A stretch of 33,011 nucleotides of DNA from a virus (taxonomy: Duplodnaviria > Caudoviricetes). Shown one piece after another: positions 24,102-33,011 of the stretch (positions within the stretch are counted from its first letter, which is position 1; the number at the start of each line of letters is the position of its first letter). The DNA lies in IMG/VR virus record IMGVR_UViG_3300037308_000710, positions 1-33,011 of that record; one strand, given 5' to 3'. The notes under the pieces are model-generated. The model had not been told where the DNA came from. It saw only the letters and a list, made by a program, of their open reading frames with translations, and ran no database searches. The translations under genes were made by a program, and so were the position numbers.

Positions 24102-25451
24102 ATGGCCAGCTCCCGTGCATTGGCGATCGCCCAAACCCCCAATGGTCAAACCCGTCGGGGCCATGCTCGTGCCATGGGGCAGGACATGCTGGGCTATCTA
24201 GAGCACCTGTCCACTCAGGGAGATTTCCTGAAAATTCCCCTACCCTTGGGCACCACCGGCTACTACGTGAATTCGCCGGAAATTGCCGAGCAGATTCTGC
24301 TACGGCAGGCGAAGCAGTTTGAGAAGCCGTTTTCGGTCAAATATGGGGCCAAAGGCATCTTCGGCGAAAACCTTTTCACCAGCGACGGCGAACTCTGGAA
24401 AGTGCTGCGATCGACCCTGCAGCCCGCTTTCCACGCCAGGCGGATGCAGATGTACGCCGAGGTGGCTGCCAACTTAACCCGGGAACTGCTGGAGCGCTGG
24501 CAGCCGGGCCAGACGGTGGAGATCCCGACCGCCATGATGGATCTCACCCTGGGCATCACCACCACCAACTTTTTCGGCCTCGACCTGCGCCATGCCGCCG
24601 ATGGCCGGGGCATCATCCGGTTCATTGAGCTGTTTGGGGAGCGAGTATCGGGGCTGCCCACCCCTGCCTGGATTCCCACCCCCCGCAACCGAGAACTTAA
24701 GGCTCTGGTGCGGGCGGGAGACCAGCTTTTCCAGCGGCTGATCGAAGAGCGTCGCCCCCAGGCGGAGCAGTACGACGATGTGCTGTCGATTCTGGTGGCA
24801 GCCCAGAAAGAGGACGATACGGGTTTACTCAGCGATCGCCAGATCGGCAACGAAGTCTCCAACCTCTTTGCGGCTGGCTATGAGCTGATCGGCTACACCC
24901 TCACCTTTACGCTCTACCTGCTCTCCCGGCATCCCGAAATCGAGGCCAGACTGGTAGAGGAGATCCAGCGGGTCCTGGGGGATCGTCCCCCCACTCTGAC
25001 TGATCTGGAGGCCCTGCCCTATCTGGATCAGGTGCTGAAGGAATCGATGCGGATTCTGCCTGCGGTCGCTCTGTTTGGCCGCCAGTCCATCGGTCCGGTG
25101 GAGCTAGGGGGATATCCTATTCCCCAAAACAGTCTGATGCTGATCGCTCCCTGGACGATTCACCGCCGTCCCGACCTCTATCCTGAGCCTGAACGCTTTG
25201 ATCCGGAACGCTTCAGCGGCGATTACCAGGCCGCCATTTCCAAGTTTGCCTACCTGCCCTTTTCCGAAGGTCCCCGGGTCTGCATCGGTCGCGCCTTCGC
25301 CATGATGCAGATGCGCATCAACCTAGCGATGCTGCTACAGCGCTTCCATCTGGAGGTCGTAGAAGGATATCAGTTTGAGCCGACGTTTCAGTTCAACGCT
25401 CGCCCCAAGAACGGCCTGCCGGCGCGGTTAGTAGCCCGGGCCAGGGCTTAA
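24102..25451 (+). CDS. Cytochrome P450
   Basis: ExxR (ESMR), PERF and heme motif FSEGPRVCIG. Confidence 0.95.
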   Translation: MASSRALAIAQTPNGQTRRGHARAMGQDMLGYLEHLSTQGDFLKIPLPLGTTGYYVNSPEIAEQILLRQAKQFEKPFSVKYGAKGIFGENLFTSDGELWKVLRSTLQPAFHARRMQMYAEVAANLTRELLERWQPGQTVEIPTAMMDLTLGITTTNFFGLDLRHAADGRGIIRFIELFGERVSGLPTPAWIPTPRNRELKALVRAGDQLFQRLIEERRPQAEQYDDVLSILVAAQKEDDTGLLSDRQIGNEVSNLFAAGYELIGYTLTFTLYLLSRHPEIEARLVEEIQRVLGDRPPTLTDLEALPYLDQVLKESMRILPAVALFGRQSIGPVELGGYPIPQNSLMLIAPWTIHRRPDLYPEPERFDPERFSGDYQAAISKFAYLPFSEGPRVCIGRAFAMMQMRINLAMLLQRFHLEVVEGYQFEPTFQFNARPKNGLPARLVARARA

Positions 25452-25524
25452 GCTAGGCATCGTCCCTGACGGCCAGTCGCAGCATAATCGATTGGAAGGG
25501 TGAGTGAGCATAGGTCTGTCTTCC

Positions 25525-26319
25525 TTACCCGAACCGTCCGGTGACATAGTTACGGGTCATGACCTGGCTGGGAGACTCAAACATCGTGCGGGTGTCATTG
25601 ATTTCGCAGAGATAGCCCTGCTTGCCGCCGGTCTGGGTTGGTTCTGCATTGAAGAATGCCGTCACATCGGCGATGCGTTGGGCCTGCTGCATGTTGTGGG
25701 TAACGATGACAATGGTGTATTTCTGTTTCAGCTCCAGCATCAACGCTTCCACCGTGGCCGTAGAAATCGGGTCCAGGGCCGAGCAGGGTTCATCCATCAG
25801 CAGCACCTCCGGTTCTGCCGCTACGGCCCGGGCGATGCACAGCCGTTGTTTCTGCCCGCCGGACAGGGCCAGACCACTTTTGTTTAAGCTATCTTTGACC
25901 TCATCCCAGAGCCCTACCTTGCGTAGGGTGGTTTCAACCCGTTCGTGCAGGTTGCCAGTATAGTTCATCACCCGGGCGGCATAGGCCACATTGTCAAAGA
26001 TCGATTTGGGGAAGGGATTGGGACGCTGAAAGACCATACCGATGCGACGGCGCACCTGCACTGGATCGATTTTATCCTCGTAGAGGTTGCGACCGTGGTA
26101 CAGCACCTCTCCTTCTAGACGGAACCCGTCGATGACGTCATTGAGCCGGTTAAGGCAGCGCAACACCGTACTCTTGCCGCAGCCGGAGGGACCAATAAAG
26201 GCAGTGATTTGATGGGTGGGAATGGTCAGAGAAACATCGCGCACCGCATGGAAGTCGCCGTAGTAAATGTTGACGTCGTTGATGTCAAAAACGCTTTGCT
26301 GGGTGATCGGGGTAGTCAT
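25525..26319 (-). CDS. pstB: Phosphate ABC transporter ATP-binding protein
   Basis: [34 protein letters not shown]. Confidence 0.97.
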   Translation of the reverse strand: MTTPITQQSVFDINDVNIYYGDFHAVRDVSLTIPTHQITAFIGPSGCGKSTVLRCLNRLNDVIDGFRLEGEVLYHGRNLYEDKIDPVQVRRRIGMVFQRPNPFPKSIFDNVAYAARVMNYTGNLHERVETTLRKVGLWDEVKDSLNKSGLALSGGQKQRLCIARAVAAEPEVLLMDEPCSALDPISTATVEALMLELKQKYTIVIVTHNMQQAQRIADVTAFFNAEPTQTGGKQGYLCEINDTRTMFESPSQVMTRNYVTGRFG

Positions 26320-26322
26320 GGC

Positions 26323-27225
26323 TTAATACTTTTGGGCACGGGTAACCTGGTGAGCAATGAGATTAGTCACTACAACCAGCAGCATTAATACCAAAGCCCC
26401 CGCCCAGGCCAGTGCTTGCTGGGCCTTAAAGGGGACGATGGCAAAGTTGTAGACCAGCACCGATAGGGTGGCAATCGGCTCAAACAAACTTTCAGGCCAG
26501 AAGGGCGAAAACAGTGCCGTAAAAATCAGGGGAGCGGTTTCTCCCGCCGCCCGGGCGATGGCCAGGGTGGCGCCGGTGGCGATCGCCGCCGCCGAGGCCG
26601 GCAACACCACCCGAAAGACGGTTTGATAATCGGATGCACCCGCTCCCAGAGAGGCCCAGCGCAAATCATCGGGCACCCGTTGCAGGGCATCGTCGGCAGT
26701 ACGCGTAATCGTGGGCAGCATTAAGACCGCCAGGGCAACCCCGCCGGCCACCGCCGAAAAGCCCGTCAGCCCGGTCAGCACCAGCAGGCCATAGATAAAC
26801 ACCCCGGCAATGATGGAGGGTACTCCACTCAGTACATTGGTGGCAAACCGCACCCAACGGGCCAGGCGATTATTCCGGCTAAATTCAGACAAATACACCG
26901 CTGCTAGCACACCCAGGGGCAACGAGAGGGCCGTGGCGATGGCGCACACCAGCACCGTTCCGATGATGGCATTGGCAATTCCCCCTTCAGAAAATCCGGG
27001 CGGCGGCGGTAACGCTGTCAGCAGCTGCCAATTCAGCCGTTCAAAGCCCCGCACCAGTACAAACCCCAACAGCAGGCCCAAGGGCGTCAGGGTAAGCGCC
27101 ACGCATAGGCCTGCCAGCCCGGTCATCAGGCCATTCAACAGATTGGACCAGGTCCAGAGAGTTTTATCCAGCCTCGTTAAATCCGGTTCTGGGGACAGGT
27201 GGGCGCGTTCCTTTGGGGGTGTCAT
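26323..27225 (-). CDS. pstA: Phosphate ABC transporter permease
   Basis: GVPSIIAGVF and ARAAGETAPLIFT; start set at ATG 27225. Confidence 0.95.
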   Translation of the reverse strand: MTPPKERAHLSPEPDLTRLDKTLWTWSNLLNGLMTGLAGLCVALTLTPLGLLLGFVLVRGFERLNWQLLTALPPPPGFSEGGIANAIIGTVLVCAIATALSLPLGVLAAVYLSEFSRNNRLARWVRFATNVLSGVPSIIAGVFIYGLLVLTGLTGFSAVAGGVALAVLMLPTITRTADDALQRVPDDLRWASLGAGASDYQTVFRVVLPASAAAIATGATLAIARAAGETAPLIFTALFSPFWPESLFEPIATLSVLVYNFAIVPFKAQQALAWAGALVLMLLVVVTNLIAHQVTRAQKY

Positions 27226-27236
27226 CGGGGCCTCTC

Positions 27237-28205
27237 CTACTGATGATTGACGTTTACCCAATCGATGATGGCCTGGGCCAGCATGTTGATGATCAAGGTG
27301 ATTACCATTAAGACCAGCGCCGCGTATATCAGCGCTGAAATCTGTAAGCCTTTGGCTTCGGCAAACTGACTGGCCAGCAACGACGCGATCGTATTCGAGG
27401 GAGCGAGCAGCGAAAGATTTAGCTCATTGGAATTGCCAATAATCATGGTAACGGCCATGGTTTCACCCATGGCTCGCCCCAGGGCCAGCATGATGCCCCC
27501 GACAATGCCAGGAAAGGCGGCGGGTAGCAGGACTCGAAATAATGTGCCCCAACGGGTGGTGCCCAAGGCGAGAGCCGCCTGCCGATAATCGGGCGGCAAG
27601 GCGGCCAGGGCCTCGCGTGATAGGGCCGTAATGATGGGTAAAATCATGATGGCCAGCACCACCCCGGCGGGTAACAGACCCGGCCCAATCGGACGGGTGC
27701 TAAACAGAGGCACGCTGCTGAAATGATGGTAAAGCCAGAAGCCTAGCTGCTTGATCACCGGAATCACGACAAAGATGCCCCACAGGCCGTAAATTACGCT
27801 GGGGATGGCGGCCAGCAAATCGATCAGAAATCCTAGCGCAGCGCCCAGGATGGGGGGCAAAAAGTTTTCGGTAAAAAAGATGGCGCTGCCGACCCCGAGC
27901 GGGACAGCAATCAGCAGTGCGATCGCAGCCGTGGCCAGGGTGCCGTACAGCATTGGCAACACCCCATAGGTTTCGCGATCGGCCACAGGATTCCACTCGA
28001 CCGTTGTTAGAAAGGCCAGGCCAAACTGCTGCAGTGCCGGCATAGAATGGTATAGCAACAGCAGCACCATGGTCGCGAGAATAGCGCCAATGGCAATGGC
28101 GCAGAGTTGAGTCAGCCAGGCAAAGCCCTGATCGAGTCGCTGTTCGGCCACCGTCCGGCTACGGTTCCGGTCGTCGTCAAAATTAAAGTCTAAGTCAGTG
28201 CGCAT
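27237..28205 (-). CDS. pstC: Phosphate ABC transporter permease
   Basis: AIPSVIYGLWG and LGRAMGETMAV. Confidence 0.96.
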   Translation of the reverse strand: MRTDLDFNFDDDRNRSRTVAEQRLDQGFAWLTQLCAIAIGAILATMVLLLLYHSMPALQQFGLAFLTTVEWNPVADRETYGVLPMLYGTLATAAIALLIAVPLGVGSAIFFTENFLPPILGAALGFLIDLLAAIPSVIYGLWGIFVVIPVIKQLGFWLYHHFSSVPLFSTRPIGPGLLPAGVVLAIMILPIITALSREALAALPPDYRQAALALGTTRWGTLFRVLLPAAFPGIVGGIMLALGRAMGETMAVTMIIGNSNELNLSLLAPSNTIASLLASQFAEAKGLQISALIYAALVLMVITLIINMLAQAIIDWVNVNHQ

Positions 28206-29332
28206 TATCTCAGCTGCTCTCCTGAAACCGGGCCTGAGACCAGAGTAATGGTATAGTCCGGGCTGATCAAATCAGCTGCCGCCGCCACTTTTTCTCGCAC
28301 CGCAGCCGGTAGGCGAACATAGCCCAGCACGGGGGCCACCGTCTGACCCTTATTCAGGCAAAACTCCACCATGATTTCCAGGGCTTTTGCCTTCAGCGGG
28401 TCGTCATACTGGCGATGGAGCAATAGCCAGGTGTAGGTCACCATCGGGTAGGCAGCCTCTCCCGGCGGATCGGTAATAAATGCCCGAAGGTTTTGGGGAA
28501 GCGTTACTGAGGCCAGACTAGCGGCGGCACTCTCCTCCGTCGGCGCCACAAAGCGACCGGCTTGATTTTCTAAAGCCGCCATGGTCAGGTCATTGTTGAC
28601 GGCATAGCTATATTCTACGTAGCCTAGCGCTCCCGGGGTCTGCATCACCTGGGCGGTAACCCCTTCGTTCCCCTTGGCCCCCACAAAAATGCCGGTGTTG
28701 GGCCAGTCCACAGACTTACCGACGCCCACCTCGGTACTCCAGCGATCGCAAATCGCGCTCAAGTGCTGCGTCAAAACCTCGGTGGTGCCGCTGCCATCGG
28801 CCCGATGCACCACCGTAATCGGCAGTGTCGGCAGCACAATATCAGGATTAACCGCTGCAATCTGCGGATCATTCCACTGGGTGATGCGCCCCAGCAAGAT
28901 ATTGGCATAAACTGCCCGCGACAGCTTCAGTCCACTGGGTATATCTGGCAGGTTATACACCAGCACAATGCTGCCTGCCGTGATCGGCAACATCAGGACG
29001 CCATGGTTAACCGCAGCGATTTCAGCATCGGTCATGGCCACGTCGCTGCCTCCAAAGTCAACGGTTTCTTGTGTAAATTGCTCTACGCCAGCACCGCTGC
29101 CGAGAGACTGATAATTCACCCGCAGTGCCGGAATCTCTCGATTTAAGGCGATAAACCAGCTCTGATAGATCAACGCTGGAAACGATGCTCCCGACCCCAC
29201 CAGCAGCACCCGATCGGGTAGCGGGCTATCGGCAGAGATCGCCGGCTGGCAGGCTGTCGTGGCAATGGCTATCATCATCAGCACGGCCAGGACAAGGCGT
29301 AAAGGCAGGTTCAGTGTACGATGTTTGGGCAT
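28205..29332 (-). CDS. pstS: Phosphate-binding lipoprotein
   Basis: Lipobox-like TTAC, GSGASFP, YQSLGSGAG, HRADGSGTT. Confidence 0.96.
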   Translation of the reverse strand: MPKHRTLNLPLRLVLAVLMMIAIATTACQPAISADSPLPDRVLLVGSGASFPALIYQSWFIALNREIPALRVNYQSLGSGAGVEQFTQETVDFGGSDVAMTDAEIAAVNHGVLMLPITAGSIVLVYNLPDIPSGLKLSRAVYANILLGRITQWNDPQIAAVNPDIVLPTLPITVVHRADGSGTTEVLTQHLSAICDRWSTEVGVGKSVDWPNTGIFVGAKGNEGVTAQVMQTPGALGYVEYSYAVNNDLTMAALENQAGRFVAPTEESAAASLASVTLPQNLRAFITDPPGEAAYPMVTYTWLLLHRQYDDPLKAKALEIMVEFCLNKGQTVAPVLGYVRLPAAVREKVAAAADLISPDYTITLVSGPVSGEQLR

Positions 29333-29623
29333 GATACGGTCTCCTGGGTTATGTGGGCTGGCTTTCTGGATCTGGGCCTTCTGGGTCTAGATAGTGCTGG
29401 AGTTCTGCCTGGGCTGCTTGCTGCATCTGGTGACGGATGCTCAGGGGCGTCAGGACCTCACCGTTGGGGCGCCAGTCCCGCAGCCGCTGGATGACGTTAA
29501 TATCGCCCAGGCGCAGCTAGGCACAATAGTCAGAACAGCTTTACCCCCAGCTTCTGCCCCCTACGCGTCACTCATCCGCCCCCTAAAAGTAACGACTACA
29601 GCGATGTCCCGTGGATTGCGAAT

Positions 29624-31366
29624 TTATAAGGGCTTAGCTGGAGTCGTCGCTGTTACAGTAGTCGGCTGATCTTCTTGTTCTTGCTGAAGCGTTTGCTTGA
29701 GATAAGCGAGGTAATATTCCATACGGTGATCGTTAATCAAATCGAACTTTGAGGTCAGCAGCCCCTGGGAAACCCCCCAGAATGCATCCCAGAGTCGGTT
29801 CATTGCTTTGTAATTCGCGACCAGCCAGCCTTGGGCATTAAAGTACTTGATGGCGCCTAGATGGCCGTACAGGTGCGTTGGATTAAGGGGAGAAAACGGT
29901 GGCGGTATGTGGGGAACGATGTCGTTGTTGTTGACAAAGCGAAAGATTTTGCCTTGAAGTCTGGCGTTGAGCTGTCGGGTAAAGGTCCAATCACCGACCC
30001 GAGGCTGACCGAAGGTATATAATCCGGCTACGTTAACACCATTCTCACTCAGAGAAGCCGCAGCCATCATCGCCAGGGCGCCACCCAGGCTGTGTCCTGT
30101 AATAAATAAGGGAGGAAACGCCTTGCCCTGCTGAAGACTCTGTTGTCGCCAGCGTTCAATTTGCGCTAGCACCGACTGTTCAATGCTGTTCCAGCCGAGA
30201 AAGAAGCCTGTGTGGACTCTGCCTTGATATTGTGAAGGGGCGACTGCGCCTGCTTTATAAAGGGTAAAGCGGCGCAGTCGGGTGTTAAAGTTGGTAGACC
30301 AGTCGCGGATTTCTTGACTGCCGCGAAAGGCCAATACGATGAACCTATCGCTGCGAAACATAAAGGCCTGGGTATCTCGTCCTCGGTTGTTGAAGTAGCG
30401 AAAATCTTGTTTGATGTCAATTCCCCAACGGCGGCTGATTTCAGCGACGTATTGTTTGTCCTGGTAGATCAGGTAAGCGGCTTTGGCCAGCCCCAATCCC
30501 AGTTTAGTGCTGTACTGCGAAACTTCACTGGGCTGTAGCTGAAAGTCGTCATCCTGGTAAGGCGACGGCAGGATGTGATAACCATAGCGCTCAAACAATC
30601 GCTGGACGCCGGAAAAGCCATAGTTATGGATATAGTTGTAAAGCTGGTCGTAGACCTTAGAAGCGCCGTCTCGACGACATCCGGCGTCGCCAATCAGCCG
30701 CAGCCAGTAAAGCAGCCAGGGCTTGAGCTCGGATGCCGTGCACAGGCCGGAGTCTACAAAATAGCCAAAATGCTCCAGCCCATTCAGGAGTTTGTTGAAC
30801 CAATCCCGCAGGGTGTTTTCTATGCGATAACGGTGCAGTTCGTCTGCGGTCAACTCGCCGGCTTGACGACTTTCATCCAGGGCTTGTTTTTCTCGGGTTC
30901 GTTCTTTGTGATCGGCTAAAGCGGCGTAGAGGAGCTCATCGCTAGCTCGAAAACTACTGGCGGGTTCTGTTGCGGTGGCCGGTAGCGGATAGTCTCGGTA
31001 TTCTTCGAAATCTAAAATTCTCAGGGCGTTGCGAATCTCTGGATCTTGCTCAAAGTCCTGAATGGCCTGGCGAACAAAGGTTAGCCGCTGCCAGCGATGA
31101 GACTGACGATATTGGTAAACACCATAGGTCAGGGCCAGGGCGCTTAACAGAATGCCCAGGGCAAAGGCAGCCTGAGCACTGAGAAAAATCACTTCGGGGG
31201 CCAGGAGTCCCTCAGGGGGCTGAGACGATGGGACCCCTTCAGCGGCTGTTTCGGTCTCGGTCAGTGGCGTTGCGGCTGGGCTCACTGCCGTCTGTGCCAC
31301 GGAAGGGTTGGGTTGGGCCAGACACAGGAGCGCACCCAGCGCTGATACCAAAACTGAGAATCGCAT
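29624..31366 (-). CDS. Class-3 lipase with N-terminal signal/TM and uncharacterised helical domain
   Basis: VLAFRGS, VHTGF, TGHSLGGA, TFGQPRVGD, DIVPHIP, DHRMEYY. Confidence 0.9.
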   Translation of the reverse strand: MRFSVLVSALGALLCLAQPNPSVAQTAVSPAATPLTETETAAEGVPSSQPPEGLLAPEVIFLSAQAAFALGILLSALALTYGVYQYRQSHRWQRLTFVRQAIQDFEQDPEIRNALRILDFEEYRDYPLPATATEPASSFRASDELLYAALADHKERTREKQALDESRQAGELTADELHRYRIENTLRDWFNKLLNGLEHFGYFVDSGLCTASELKPWLLYWLRLIGDAGCRRDGASKVYDQLYNYIHNYGFSGVQRLFERYGYHILPSPYQDDDFQLQPSEVSQYSTKLGLGLAKAAYLIYQDKQYVAEISRRWGIDIKQDFRYFNNRGRDTQAFMFRSDRFIVLAFRGSQEIRDWSTNFNTRLRRFTLYKAGAVAPSQYQGRVHTGFFLGWNSIEQSVLAQIERWRQQSLQQGKAFPPLFITGHSLGGALAMMAAASLSENGVNVAGLYTFGQPRVGDWTFTRQLNARLQGKIFRFVNNNDIVPHIPPPFSPLNPTHLYGHLGAIKYFNAQGWLVANYKAMNRLWDAFWGVSQGLLTSKFDLINDHRMEYYLAYLKQTLQQEQEDQPTTVTATTPAKPL

Positions 31367-31587
31367 GCTGCCGTACCTGATGAACCGCGCCTAAAAGTAT
31401 ACCCTTTGTTCCGCTACCCTGGTGGGGCTGCAAAATGCTCTGAGCTGGGTGAGCACATCTCTGCCAGCGGTCCAGGTTACTTTCATCGGTACCGGCGTCG
31501 TCAATATCGCCTGTTCACGCCTGGTTTTTGTTGCCGGCGGCCAGCTGGAACAGTGTAAGACCGAGTTGGTCGGCAAATAGAAGCTGT

Positions 31588-31833
31588 TTAGAACCAACAC
31601 CCCCACAACGTGCAACCGTAGGGCATATCGCCACGGCTTCCGCCTGAATCTGCGTTCATTTCTCTTGTTTCTATTACACCCTTGGTAGGGGTCCCTGAGG
31701 AGGATGCAGTGACTATACCGGAGCGAATGGCTGTTGTTGAGGCCTCTGGCGCGGCTACGGTTGCACTGGCAGATGCAAGACCGGCAAACACGATGATGGC
31801 AGCCAGGGGGGTAGCGAAGGGTTGAGAGCGCAT
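31588..31833 (-). CDS. Small secreted protein
   Basis: aggaga RBS, signal peptide, C-terminal YGCTLWGCWF. Confidence 0.5.
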   Translation of the reverse strand: MRSQPFATPLAAIIVFAGLASASATVAAPEASTTAIRSGIVTASSSGTPTKGVIETREMNADSGGSRGDMPYGCTLWGCWF

Positions 31834-32169
31834 GGGGATTCTCCTTGTAATGATGCAGGTTGAGAACAGACAGGACGTTGGTGCGTTTGTCGATGCCCTA
31901 ATTCTGCCGGGTTTGCATGGTCGGAGACGAGCGTGATCTCACCATGAGTGCTTTCTACAGCAGCCCTCAACCCTGGATAACAATTTTATAAAGTAGCGAT
32001 GGTATGCTCAGGCATAGGGGCTGATTTGACTGCCAGTGTTCAAATCTATGAGCAAACGATGGGGCAGGTAGCCGTGGCAGCAGCCGTTGTGCGTGAGTTG
32101 TATCCGTAAACGCTCGGAGATCTCGGGTACCGATAGGACGGAATCTTAATGCGCTGCCTGATCTGGAGG

Positions 32170-32862
32170 TTATTCCACCATTAGCCGCTGCCGGGCGATG
32201 TCCTGGTCCCGCTGAATCGCTACCTGCAGTTCGGAAATTTCGCTCAGCTGCTGCTTCAGCTGCTCAGCCTTTTTGCGGACGTCGACTTTACGATGCAGGG
32301 CTGCTCGGGCCAGATCTTCGCGGCCTTTGGCCAGGGCTTTCTGGGCTACGCGCTGCCAGGTGTCCAGGTCTTTCTGGGCTTGCCGGTAATCGGGGAGTAG
32401 GGAGTTGGTTGCGATCGCAAGGTTATCCAGGGCATTTTGGAATAGCGTCAGAGCGGCTACGGGGGATTCCTCCCGGGCTGCCTGGCCCGCTAGTGTGCTC
32501 GCCTGAGGCAGTTTAACCTGCTCCAGACGCAGCCCAAAGTTATTCAGCTGTTCGCTTTCGTTTTGTCCGGTCTTACACCAGAGGGCAAAATGCTCGCAAT
32601 TATTAAAAAACAAATCGTAGCGCTGTTCCCCCAGGCGACTCTCGGCTCGTGCGATCACCACATCGGCAATAAAGGCCACCGGCTGGGCCTGAGTATAAAC
32701 CGCACTACCGCGGGAAAAGGCCTCCCAGCGGGTGCGGGTGATCGTCGGCTCACCGACCTTGCGATAATGAATGACGCTACCGTCTCCGCAGTCAATGCCG
32801 TGGTGCTCATAGGGAATTCCCATAAACTCCCGCATCGCATAGATTTGATCGCCGCGCGCCAT
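32170..32862 (-). CDS. LRAT/NC-domain (permuted NlpC/P60) protein with PspA/IM30-like C-terminal coiled coil
   Basis: HHGIDCGDGSVIHY, YDLFFNNCEHFA; W...AQKALAKGREDLARAALHRK. Confidence 0.88.
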   Translation of the reverse strand: MARGDQIYAMREFMGIPYEHHGIDCGDGSVIHYRKVGEPTITRTRWEAFSRGSAVYTQAQPVAFIADVVIARAESRLGEQRYDLFFNNCEHFALWCKTGQNESEQLNNFGLRLEQVKLPQASTLAGQAAREESPVAALTLFQNALDNLAIATNSLLPDYRQAQKDLDTWQRVAQKALAKGREDLARAALHRKVDVRKKAEQLKQQLSEISELQVAIQRDQDIARQRLMVE

Positions 32863-33011
32863 GGCTGCTCCTGGTTTTCTCCAGTCTAGGTTAGCGCGTT
32901 TTGGGGAGGTGATTAAGTAGGTTAACTCAATTAATTATAAGACGGTCCAGAGCGTACCCTCCCCGTTCGCTGCGATCGATCATGCCATCGACTATGGCTT
33001 CCATCAATTCG

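Noticed and set aside
29333-29623. Pho box upstream of pstS
   Set aside because: No clear PyTTAAPyPy tandem repeats at 11-bp spacing were seen.
1-33011. Complete DGR, retron, Cas or known defence operon
   Set aside because: No reverse transcriptase, Cas or recognisable defence-system motifs in any ORF of the window.

Overview
This is cyanobacterial DNA (GC-rich, many HIP1 GCGATCGC sites). Positions 1 to about 23033 are one arm of a Mu-like (transposable) prophage. From its predicted end inward it carries a membrane-protein moron, an XRE repressor/Ner-Cro switch, a standalone Mu DNA-binding-domain gene, MuA transposase, a frameshifted MuB, early/middle ORFs (gemA, mor, DUF2811), gp25/gp26-like genes, small and large terminase, portal, MuF with a C-terminal HExxH metallopeptidase plus a candidate immunity gene, gpG, a relocated holin-like/M15 endolysin pair, and the 3' end of a convergent gene built from 66-bp leucine-rich repeats. 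The prophage appears to be inserted into the 3' end of a DUF5615 PIN toxin gene of a DUF433/DUF5615 pair. The remaining ~10 kb is host DNA: cytochrome P450, pstSCAB, a class-3 lipase and an LRAT/PspA-like gene. The most interesting signals are the LRR repeats that vary only at adenine positions on the predicted binding face, a 48-bp quasi-palindrome that breaks MuB, LexA-like boxes at three phage control regions, a 143-bp duplicated DNA-binding domain in frame with MuA, and the MuF toxin/immunity pair. All family assignments come from motif recognition by eye; no searches were run.
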